In this document: positions 1 to 10,625 of the stretch, one piece after another
Layout of the letters: each line of letters opens with the position of its first letter
Numbering within the stretch: the first letter of the stretch is position 1
Source of the DNA: Mobula hypostoma
Taxonomy: Eukaryota
Direction: 5' to 3'
NCBI RefSeq assembly: GCF_963921235.1
Contig: NC_086118.1
Coordinates: forward strand, 25,670,001 to 25,734,000
DNA: 64,000 nt
The notes under the pieces: model-generated
The model's database searches: none
The model's input: only the letters and a program-made list of their open reading frames with translations
Told to the model about the DNA's origin: nothing
Translations under genes and position numbers: made by a program

Positions 1-3000
1 AGGCACTTGGTGAAGGACAATAAAACGAAGCGAGCTGTAAGCGGAGCAGCCATTGTGTGAGTGGGCAATGTTAGAGTACTCAAGCGTTGGCTCGACAGGC
101 TTCGTCAAGAACTGGCTTAAGCGAGAACAGGGGATAGGTTTCTAATAAGTTTGTTTTTCCTCTTTCTTTGTCTATTGGTACATGACCAGTGCAGTGAGAA
201 TGGGTCAAGAGTTAGTGGTTTGTTCTTTGTGTGAGTTGTGGGAACTCTGGGAGACCTCCAGTATCCTTGATAACAATATCTGAGTAAAATGCTTTGAACA
301 GCAGCTCCTTAGGGACCATGTTAAGGAACTAAAGCTGCAGCTCGATGAGCTTTGACTCATATGGGAGAATTAGGAGGTGATAGGTAGGATCTACAGAGAG
401 GTAGTCACCCCCAGGTTGCAGGAGGTAGATACCAGGGTGACAGCCAGCAGAGGGAAAGGGAAGAGGCAGTCAGTGTGGAGTACCTCTGTGGCTGTTCCCC
501 TCAATATTAAGTATACTGCGTTGGGTGGGTGGGTGGGGGGATCGAACTCCCAGGGGAAGCTGCAATGACCAGGTCTCTGCAGTGAGCCTGGTTCTGTGGC
601 TCAGAAGGGAACAGGAGCGTAGAGGAATGCAATAGCCATAGGGGATTCCATAGTTAGAAGAATGGACAAGAATTCCTGTGATGTGAAAGGGAGACCAGAT
701 GGTATGTTGCCTCCCAGGTGCCAGGTTCAGGGATGTCTCAGGTAAGGTCCACAGCCTTCTTTGGTGGGGGTGGTTAGCAGCCAGAAGCCATGGTACTATT
801 GTTACCAACAACATAGTTAGGAAAAGGGAGGAGAGAGAACATAGAGAATTAGGTAGAAAGCTGAAAGGTAGGACATTCAGAGCAGTAATCCAGACATCCA
901 TAGAGTAATCCATGCACCACTGAGGGTAAGAATAGGATTATTCGACAGATGAATGGGTGGCTGAGGAATTGGTGCAGGGGGCAGGGTTTCAGATTTCTGG
1001 TCATTGGGATGCCTTCTAGGGAAGGTATGATCTGTACAAAAAGGGCGGCTTACACCTGAATCCTAGGGGAACCACTATCATTTTGGGCAGGTTTGGTAGA
1101 GCTATTGGGGAGGATTTAAACTAGTTTAGCAGGGGAATTGGAACTGGAGTGATAGGAATGAGGATCGGGCTGTTGGTATACAAGTAGATGCAGTGTGTAG
1201 TGAGACTGTGAGGAAGGACAGGCAGATGATAGGGTAAAATTGCAGTCAATGGGATGCGCTGAAGTGTAACATGGGGGCAAAATCAAAAAGGTTGATGAAA
1301 ATAGGCTTGAAGGTGTTATATTTGAATGCATGCAGTATATGGAATAAGGTAGATGATCTTGTAGCACAATTAGAGATTGGCATGATGTTGTGGGCATCAC
1401 TGAGTTGTGGCTGAAAGAAGATCAGAGTTGAGAGCATAACATCCAAAGATGCATCTTTTCTCAAAAGGACAGTCAGGTAGGCAGAAGGGGTGGGTTTTCT
1501 CTGTTGGTAAAAAATGAAATCAAATCCTTAGAAAGAGGTGACATAGGATCAGAAGATGTATGATCATTGTGGGAAAAATTAAGAAACTGCAAGGGTAAAA
1601 AGACCCTGATGGGAGTTATATACAAGCCTGCAAACAGTAGCCAGGATATAGGATACAAATTACAAGATGAGATAGAAAAGGGTAATATTACAATAGTCAA
1701 GGGGATTTCAATATGCAGGCTGATTGGGAAAGTTAGGTTGGTGCTGCATCCCAAGAGAAGGAATTTGTGAAAGCCTACGAGATGGCTTTTTAAAGCAGCT
1801 TGTTGTTATGCCCACTGGGGGAAAGGCGATTCTGGACTGAGTATTGTATAATGAAGCAGTTTTGCTGAGTTCCTCCAGCGTGTTCTGAGTATTACTAAGG
1901 AGAAGGTGCTCGGGAAGCTGAAAGGTCTGAAGGTAGATAAGTCACCTGGACCAGATGGACTACACTCCCAGGGTTCTGAAAGAGGCAGCTAAAGAGATTG
2001 TGGAGGCATTAGTAATGATCTTTCAAGAATCACTAGATTCTGGAATGGTTCCAGAGGACTGGAAAATAGCAAAGATCTCTCCACTCTTTAAAAAGGAAGG
2101 GAGGTAGAAGAAAGTAACTTATAGGCCAGTTAGTCTGACATCAATGATTGGGAAGATGTTGTAGTCTATTATTAACTATGAAGATTTGGGGTAGTTGGAG
2201 GCACATAAAAAATAGGCCTAAGTCAGCATAGTTTCCTTAAGGGTAAATATCGTTATGACAAATCTATTTGAATTCTTTGAGGAAATAACAAGCAGAATAG
2301 ACAAAGGAGAGTCAGTGGATGTTGTTTACTTGGATTTGTGGAAGGCCTTTGACAAGGTACCACACTCATGGCTGTTGAACAAGATAATAGCCATTGGAAA
2401 GATATGAGCATAGGCTGTCTGGCAGGTGGAAAAGGGTAGGAATAATGGGAGACTTTTCTCGTTGATTGCCGATAGTGGTGTTCCTCATTGGTTGTTGTCG
2501 GGGACTGTTCCCTTTGACATTATACATCAATGATCTGGGTGATGGGGAATTAATGGCTTTGTAGCCAAGTTGGCAGATGATGCAAAGATAGGTGGAGGTG
2601 CAGGTAATGTTGAGTGTGGCGTGGCCAACTGGTTAAGGCATTGGACTAGTGACCTGAAGGTCATAAGGGAATGTGTTGTGTCCCTGAGCAAGGCACTTAA
2701 TCACACATTGCTCTGCGACGACACTGGTGCCAAGCTGTATGGGTCCTAATGCCCGTCCCTTGGACGACATTGGTGTTGTGGAGAGGGGAGACTTGGACGA
2801 CATTGGTGTTGTGGAGCATGGGCAACTACTGGTCTTCCATACAACCTTGCCCAGGCCTGCGCCCTGGACAGTGAATACTTTCCGGGCACAGATCCATGGT
2901 TTCACAAGACTAACGGATGCCTTTACTAAGGTAACGTTGAGGAAGCACAGAGTCTGCAGAAGGACTTACACGGCATGGGAGAATGGAAAAGAAGTGGCAG

Positions 3001-3825
3001 ATGGAATGTAGTGTAGGGAGGTGTTTGTTCATGCACTTTGCTAGAAGGAATAAAGGTGTAGACTGCTTTCTAAGCGGAGATAAAATTCAAAAAAATCTGA
3101 GAGGCAAAGGGACTTGAGAGTCCTTGTGCTCAATTTCATAAAGGTTAACTTGCAGGTAAGAAAGGCAAATGCAACTTTAGCATTCACTTTGCGAGGACTA
3201 GAATATAAAAGCAAAGGCATAATGCTGAGGCTTTATATGTCATTGGTCAGATCACACTTGGAGTGTTGTATGCAGTTTGGACCCCTTAGCTAAGAAAACA
3301 TGTGCTGACATGGTGGGGGGGGGTGCGGGGGAACCATCGGAGGTTCGGGAGTATGATTCTGGGAATGAAAGGATTAACATATGAGGAGCTTTTGATAGCT
3401 CTGGCTATCAAAAGCTTACTTACTGGAGTTTAGAAGAATGAGTGGAGATCTCATTGAAACCTATCGAATATTTGAATGGCTTAGGTAGAATGAGTGTGGA
3501 GAGAATGTTTCTTCCCATGTGGATGTCTAGGGCCAGAGGGCACAGCCTCAGAATAGAGGGACGTCTATTTAAAACAGAGGTGTGGAGGAATTTCCTTAGC
3601 CAGAACATAGTGAATCTGTGGAATTCATTGCGACAGACGGTTGCGGAGGCCAAGTCACTTGGTATATTTAAAGTGGAGGCGTATTAGTTCGTGATTAGAC
3701 TGGTCATCTAAGGTTATAGGGAGAAGCCAGGAGAATGGGATTGAGAGATATAATAAATCTTCCATCATGGAATGGCGGAGCAAACTCAATGGGTCCAATA
3801 GCCTAAATCTGCCCCTATATTTTAA
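1..3825 (+). mobile_element. Degenerate near-full-length CR1 LINE (ORF1 zinc finger/SGNH esterase, ORF2 endonuclease and RT, 3' UTR)
   Basis: GDSIVR esterase motif at ~641; endonuclease start LYLNA at ~1315; KSPGPDG at ~1938; RT remnants; C-terminal RGHSLRIEGRLFKTEVWRNFLSQ (ORF 3442-3687); many stops and frameshifts; internal deletion near 1860. Confidence 0.93.
2615..2928 (+). mobile_element. tRNA-derived SINE inserted in the CR1 RT
   Basis: A-box-like GTGGCCAACTGGTTAAGGC head; 13-bp TSD AGGTAAYGTTGAG at 2602-2614 and 2929-2941; internal 25-bp duplication at 2759-2783 and 2792-2816. Confidence 0.85.
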
Positions 3826-5349
3826 TGTACATACACAAAGTATTGGCTTCCTGGCTATTTGGTTAATATTGTTATAATTGTTTAGTAGGTTTGGAATTAA
3901 GGCTATTCTAAATAAGGCATGCAATATGGTATGAAGTAACTATATGAGAAAAGTGAAATGATATCTGGAAAAAAATCTAAACTTGTTCAATAGCAGAAGA
4001 AAAAGAAGCATTTAAATGTGCATCATGCTTGATTAATGTTCATCTGTGTATACTTGTATTGATGAAATTTTGTGAGTTTAATTACTGACTGGCTCCAAAG
4101 TAGGATTAAAATCCTTCACCTTTCATGGACCTTTTTCCAAATTCCACACCAAAATAAATCATTTGAAATGAATGACAAGCGTAAGTACATGGTAACCTGC
4201 TATTTTATCAATATTTCTACATTAACATCCTTCTCTAGACACTCCAACGACATCGGAACATTTCAATCGGGCAATTCTGCTGTTCAAAATGGAGCAGCCC
4301 TTTCAGTCAAATAGTGAATGACGCAGAATGTCAGTGAGTCACCAGATCCCCTGGGAAGAGATGTTTTCACAGCTTTTATTCATTCTCGATATACCGGCGT
4401 CATACTTTGCTATAAAACATTAGACGATTACACCAGATTGATCAAGCCTGAAAAATGTTCACTAGAATGCTTATTAGTTTAGTGTTTATATATTCTGTGG
4501 TTTTCAGTTGAACCTTAGCTGTTGTCAACAGAAGCTGCAGTGGGGAATGAATGCAAATCTTGCTTGGAGTTAAAACCATTTAAACATTATCAGATTTTTT
4601 TTTCTATATGCCAGCCTTTTTTTCCGGTCAGCATCATCTTGAATCTAAATCAAAAAGGAATATTGAATACTCAGAGAACTGTGAAACATCCAGATAACCA
4701 TAATTCCTTTCAAACATTTAATAATCTATTCAAATAACTGGGACATCTTAAGATGTGTGGGTAACAACACAGTGAAAACCCTTTAAGCTTCCAGTTACAA
4801 TTTAATAGGAATATGAATACTTATTGAATGTTTGGCAGTCTAGAGTCAGAAGCAAAAACGCAACATGATTGATGTTTGTCCAGTAATCCAATATCTTTCC
4901 CAGTGGTAGATGCCAAAGTAGGCTCCACAGATGAGGGCAAGAAATTAAAAAGAGTCACAGACTTAATTTAGTGTATGTCAGATGAAGTTCATTGGTGGGA
5001 AATATAAGCTCATACAATTTGGGTTTCAGAAAGACAAGTAAGATATCCTTTTAATTAGAAATTAAACCAAAGACACAATAACTCATACTCTCTGTGAAGC
5101 CAACTGTCTTGAAGAAAATTAACCATTGAGGAATGGAGGGAGAAACTTAAAAAAACACACAATTTTAAAACGCAGTTCTATTTCACAAAATAGACAAAAC
5201 CAACTTTTATGCTAGTATTGCTTAGCACCCGATGTTTCAGATATGTTTTTGATTTCAGAACATCAGAAACAGTTGTCTATTTGGACATCTCCAGGTTTCA
5301 AGTAATTTCATTCCAGTGATATCTAAGTTCTTCAGAGAATGTGTCTTCT

Positions 5350-5875
5350 GACATGTCTATCCACGGCCTCCTCTACTGTAAAGATGAAGCCACACTCAGG
5401 TTGGAGGAACAACACCTTATATTCCATCTGGGTAGCCTCCAACCTGATGGCATGAACATCGACTTCTCTAACTTCCGCTAAGGCCCTACCTCCCCCTCGT
5501 ACCCCATCCGTTACTCATTTTTATGCACACATTCTTTCTCTCACTCTCCTTTTTCTCCCTCTGTCCCTCTGAATATACCTCTTGCCCATCCTCTGGGTCC
5601 CCCCCGCTTGTCTTTCTTCCCGGACCTCCTGTCCCATGATGCTCTCGTATCCCCTTTTGCCTATCACCTGTCCAGCTCTTGGCTCCATCCCTCCCTCTCC
5701 TGTCTTCTCCTATCATTTTGGATCTCCCCCTCCCCCTCCAACTTTCAAATCCCTTACTCACTCTTCCTTCAGTTAGTCCTGACGAAGGGTCTCGGCCTGA
5801 AACGTCGACTGCACCTCTTCCTAGAGATGCTGCCTGGCCTGCTGTGTTCACCAGCAACTTTGATGTGTGTTGCTT
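5350..5875 (+). mobile_element. Penelope-like element 3' part (end of GIY-YIG region plus pLTR)
   Basis: Encodes ...EATLRLEEQHLIFHLGSLQPDGMNIDFSNF; pyrimidine-rich tract; hammerhead motif; homologous to 58635-60810. Confidence 0.88.
5775..5810 (+). ncRNA. Minimal type I hammerhead ribozyme (PLE-type)
   Basis: AGUC-CUGACGA-AGGGUCUCGGCCU-GAAA-C-GUC-GACU: intact core, stem I AGUC/GACU, palindromic ACGU in place of stem III. Confidence 0.85.
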
Positions 5876-6448
5876 AATTCTCATTTTAGTTTGTTGCAAA
5901 CTTGCCCCCAGAACCGGTGTCATATATGAAGTAATGATAGGGGGTGGAAGTAAGTAGACTAAGACTTAAAAGAGAGAGGGTGTACCAATAACTGATGAGT
6001 CACATTTTGCATCACCAAGTAATAAATTGCCCAAAGAGCAAAACAAACCCTACAGCTGCTGAAAGTCTGAAATAAAGGCTGAAAATGCTGCAAGTACTTA
6101 GTAACTGGAGGACAAAAAGAAATAGAACTAACAATTCGAGGTCAACAACTTCACAAAAGGACAATTTTTATTCCTAGCAGTAGGTCTCACGATCTTTATT
6201 GGAAGTATCATTATGGATAAAAATAGCAACTTAAATTTCCCAACAACTCTGTATAAGTTAAAGAGAATAAGACTTAAAAGAGACCTGAGGGGGAACATTT
6301 TTATGCAGGGGATGGAGGATATGTGAATTCAGTTGCCAGAGAAATCTGCAGAGAGAGTACAATTACAGAGTGTAAAGGGCATTCAGACAGGTATATAGAT
6401 ATGAATGGTCTAGCTCAGGTGGATGACATGACTGTCGTGGATGATTTA

Positions 6449-6960
6449 GATGACCTGCCTCAATAACTATTGTCCAATGGCATTTACGTCCAAAGTCTGC
6501 CTGAGAAGTGACTTGGATTCTCTCCAGTTTGCCTACCAGCCAACAGGTTCACAGCAGATGCTATTTCATTGGCCCTTCACTCAACCCCGGAACATCTGGA
6601 CAGCAAAAGTGCATACACCAAGAAGCTCTTTAACAATTATAGCTTGGTGTTCAATACTGTCATCCTCTCAAAACGAATCAATAAATTTCAAGACCTTGAC
6701 CTCAATACCTGCTTGTGTAATTGGATCCTTGATTTCTTCACTTGCAAACCCCAGTCGGTTCGGATTGGCAACAACATCTCCTCCACAATTTCCATCAGCA
6801 CAGGAGCAACCCAACGCTGTGTGCCTAGTCCGCTTCTCTTCTCATGACTGGGAGGCTAAGCACAACTCCAATACCATATTTAAGTTTAACAAACTTCTAT
6901 AAATATGCGCTGGATCATAGCCCAGTATAGAAACACCAATGCCCCTGAATGTTCAACGTT
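6449..6960 (+). mobile_element. Rex1/Babar non-LTR RT fragment
   Basis: LDSLQFAYQ; CNWILDFFTCKPQSVRIGNNISSTISISTG...SPLLFS. Confidence 0.85.
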
Positions 6961-6982
6961 AAAATAGGCATCATTTTGGATC

Positions 6983-7192
6983 AACACACACAAAATTCAA
7001 GAGGATCTCAGCAGGTCAGGCAGCATTTATGGAGGAAAATCAACAAGCGATGTTTCGGACATTAAACCTTCACCAGGACTGGAAAAGAAAGGGGGCAAAA
7101 GCCAGAATTAAGGAGGAGGGAGGGGTAAACAGCAGGAGCTGGCAGGTGATAGGGTGAGAATGGAAATATTATGGAAAGTTGGGCGGTGATAA
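6983..7192 (-). mobile_element. Penelope-like pLTR fragment with degenerate hammerhead
   Basis: Reverse-complement similarity to 5650-5875; core reads CUGGUGA...GAAACAUC. Confidence 0.8.
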
Positions 7193-7587
7193 GTTGCATT
7201 TATAAAATATAAGTTTAAAATATGAGCATCATTTTGGCTTAGACCATAAATTGACCATATATAACTAAAAGTGATTGATTCAAATTCAGGGATATTAAGC
7301 AGCATGAATATAACATTGGTGAAATAATTGGGTTTTCGCGGTATTCATGATGCTGGGAAGAAAAGCAGGGCGAAATACAGAGAACAGAAGGAGCACATTT
7401 CCAGAAGATGAAATCCAGCTGGCTGAACTACGCTCTGCCGTAAAGGACACAATATTCCAATCTCTTAAGAAACATTTTTGATAGGACCATAGATGCAAAA
7501 GCATTAAAACTGTGACAGGCTACTTACTTGATGAGATGGAAGGGCTAGGATGCTAAACCTTTAGAAACCTAATAGATTTTTTATGTA

Positions 7588-7965
7588 TCAGAATCAGAAT
7601 CAGGTTTATTGTCACTGAAATAAGTCATGTTGTTTTGCAGCAGCATTACAGCGCAGGCATAACAAATTACCACAAGTTGTAATAAAAATAAATAAACAGT
7701 GGAAAAGAGGAATGGTGAGGCAGTGTTCATGGGTTCATGGAGTGATCAGAAATCCGATGGAGAGGGGGAAATCTGTTTCTAAAATTTTAGTGTGGGTCCC
7801 TCTGCTCCTGTACCCTTCCCTGATGGTAGTAACGAGAAGAGGGTATGTCCCAGATGGTGAGCATCTTTGATGTTAGATGGCACCACCTTTGGAAGAAGTC
7901 GTCGATGATAGGGAAGCTTATGCCAATGATGGAACTGGCAGAGTCTGTAACACTCAGAAGCCTCT
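7588..7965 (-). mobile_element. Rex1/Babar 3' end
   Basis: (CTGATT)n-type tail at 7588-7605; IKDAHHLGHTLFSLLPSGK C-terminal motif. Confidence 0.8.
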
Positions 7966-8803
7966 GGAGTCCTCCAGCCTCCCACATAACTACATCTGCA
8001 TCAGGTGCTCCAACCTGCAGCTCCTCGGAGGACATGCTAAGGAACTGGAGCTGCAGCTTGATGACCTTCAGCTCATATGGGAAACTGAGGAGGTGATAGG
8101 TAGGAGCTACAGGGAGGTAGTCACCCCTACGTTGCAGAAGGCAGGCGCCTGAGTGACTGTCAGGAGAGGGAAAGGAAATGAGCAGCCAGTGTAGACTACC
8201 CCTGTGGCTGCCCCCTCAATAATAAATATATTGCTTTGGATACTGTCGAGGGGGCGCAACCTACCGGGGGGACTGCAGTGACCAGCCTCTGGCACGGATT
8301 CTGGCACTGTGGTTCAGAGGGGGAGGAATGAGAAGAGGACTGCAATAATGATAAGGGGCTTCATAGATTGAGCAGACACGAGATTCTGTGCACGTGAGTG
8401 AGACATCGGATGGTATATTGCCTCCCAGGTACCAGGGTCAGGGATGTCTCAGATCAGGTCCTCAGCATTCTAAAGAGGGAGGGAGAGCAGCCAGAAGTCT
8501 TAGTACATATTGGTACTAATGATATAGGTAGGAAAAGGAATGAGGTTCTGAAGAAAGCGTTTAGGGAGTTAGATAGAAAGCCGAAAAGCAGGACCTCTAG
8601 GGAAGTAATCTCTGGATTGCAGTCTGTGCCATGCACCCATGAGGCTAAGAATAGGATGACCTGGCAGATGAGTAACTGGTACAGGGGGCAGGACTTCAGA
8701 TTTCTGAATAATTGGGATCTCTTCTCATGAAGGTATGACCTGTACAAAAGGGATGGGTTACACCTGATCCAACATTCTTGTGGGCACGTTTGCTAGAATT
8801 GTT

Positions 8804-10625
8804 CACAAGATCACAAGCCAAAGGAGCAGAAGTAGGCCATTCGGCCCATCGAGTCTGCTCCGCAGCTCCCCCATGAGCTAAACTATTCACCCATCTAGTT
8901 CCAATTTCCAGCTTTATCCCCATATCCCTTGATACCCTGACTAATTAGATACCTGTCAATCTCCTCCTTAAACATCCTCAATAATCGGGCCTCCACAGCT
9001 GTATGTGGCAACGAATTCCGCAAATCCTGACCCTCTGGCTAAAAAAATTTCTCCTCATCTCTGTTTTAACTGGGTACCCTCTAATTCTAAGACTATGGCC
9101 TCTTGTCCTGGACTCACCCGCCAAGGGAAACAACCTTTCCACATCTACTCTGTCCAACCCTTTCAACATTCGAAATGTTTCTATGAGATCCCCTCTCATT
9201 CTCCTATACTCTAATGAATACAATCCAAGAGCTGACAAACACTCCTCATATGTTAGCCCCTGCATTCCAGGAATCATCCTCGTAAATCTTCTCTGAACTC
9301 TCTCCAGCATCAGTACATCCTTTCTAAGATAGGGGGCCCAAAACTGCACACAGTATTCCAAATGAGGTCTCACTAATGCCCCACAGAGCCTCATCAACAC
9401 CTCCTTACTCTTATACACTATTCCTCTTGAAATGAATGCCAACATAGCATTCGCTTTCCTTACTGCCGATTCAACTTGGTGGTTAACCTTTAGGGTATCC
9501 TGCACGAGGACCCCCAAGTCCCTTTGCACTTCCGATTTTTGAATTTTCTCCCCATCTAAATAATAATCTGCCCGATTATTTCTTCTTCTGAAATGTACAA
9601 CCGTACATTTATCAATGTTGTACCTCATCTGCCATTTCTTTGCCCACTCTCCTAAACTGACTAAGTCTCTCTGCAACCTTTCCATTTCTTCAACATTTCC
9701 TGCTCCTCCACCTATCTTGGTGTCATCCGCAAACTTAGCCACAAAACCATTTAATCCATAATCCAAATCATCGATATACATCATAAAAAGAAGCAGCCCC
9801 AACACCGACCCCTGCGGAACACTACTAGTAACCGGCAACCAATCAGAATAGGATCCCTTTATTCCCACCCTTTGCTTTCTGCCTATCAGCCAATGCTCCA
9901 CCCATTTCAATACCTTTCCTATAATTCCATGGGCTCTCATCTTATTAAGCAGCCTCATATGCGGCACCTTATCGAAGGCCTTTTGAAAATCCAAATACAC
10001 AACATCCACAGCCTCTCCCTTGTCAATCTTATTCGAGATTACCTCAAAAAATTCCAATAGGTTGGTGAGACAGGATCTTCCCTTTATGAAACCATGCTGG
10101 CTTCGGCCTATCTTGTCATGCACCTCGAGGTATTTCATAACCTCGTCCTTGAGGATTGACTCCAATACCTTTCCAGCTACCCATGTCAGACTAATAGGTC
10201 TGCAATTTTCTTTTTGCTGCTTCCTTCCTTTCTTAAATAACGGAACTACATTTGGACTACATTTCCAGTCCTCCAGAACCATGCCAGAGTCTATTGATTC
10301 CTGGAAGATCATTTCCAATGTTTCCACAATCTCCAAAGCCACATCCTTCAGAACCCTTGGGTGCACCTCATCTGGACCGGGAGACTTATCTATTCTTAGC
10401 CCACTTAGCTTCCCAAGCACTTTCTCTCTCGTAATCTTGACTGTACCTAATTCTATTCCCTGATACCTCTGGCTATCAGGTATATACTCATGTCTTCCAC
10501 TGTGAAGACTGATGCAAAATACTCATTCAGTTCCTCCGCCATCTCTTTGTTATCCATTATAATTTCTCCGGCATCATTTTCAATCGGTCCCGTATCTACC
10601 CTTGTCACTCTTTTACTCTTCATAT
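8804..10625 (-). mobile_element. Young 5'-truncated CR1 LINE
   Basis: TSD ATTGTT at 8798-8803 and 10626-10631; (CTTGTGAT)-like tail; long open RT frame. Confidence 0.95.
8978..10420 (-). CDS. CR1 ORF2 reverse transcriptase domain (480 aa, truncated, C-terminal frameshift)
   Basis: KSPGPD, RPISLT, YLDFQKAFDKVPH, VPQGSVLG, FADD, HLEYCVQFW motifs. Confidence 0.93.
   Translation of the reverse strand: MLGKLSGLRIDKSPGPDEVHPRVLKDVALEIVETLEMIFQESIDSGMVLEDWKCSPNVVPLFKKGRKQQKENCRPISLTWVAGKVLESILKDEVMKYLEVHDKIGRSQHGFIKGRSCLTNLLEFFEVISNKIDKGEAVDVVYLDFQKAFDKVPHMRLLNKMRAHGIIGKVLKWVEHWLIGRKQRVGIKGSYSDWLPVTSSVPQGSVLGLLLFMMYIDDLDYGLNGFVAKFADDTKIGGGAGNVEEMERLQRDLVSLGEWAKKWQMRYNIDKCTVVHFRRRNNRADYYLDGEKIQKSEVQRDLGVLVQDTLKVNHQVESAVRKANAMLAFISRGIVYKSKEVLMRLCGALVRPHLEYCVQFWAPYLRKDVLMLERVQRRFTRMIPGMQGLTYEECLSALGLYSLEYRRMRGDLIETFRMLKGLDRVDVERLFPLAGESRTRGHSLRIRGYPVKTEMRRNFFSQRVRICGIRCHIQLWRPDY

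Noticed and set aside
2615..2700. tRNA gene
   Set aside because: SINE head with the B-box region lost; no cloverleaf
4768..4806. V(D)J recombination signal (CACAGTG; also ~44212, 58584, 62059)
   Set aside because: No acceptable nonamer at 12 or 23 spacing and no V or J coding segment
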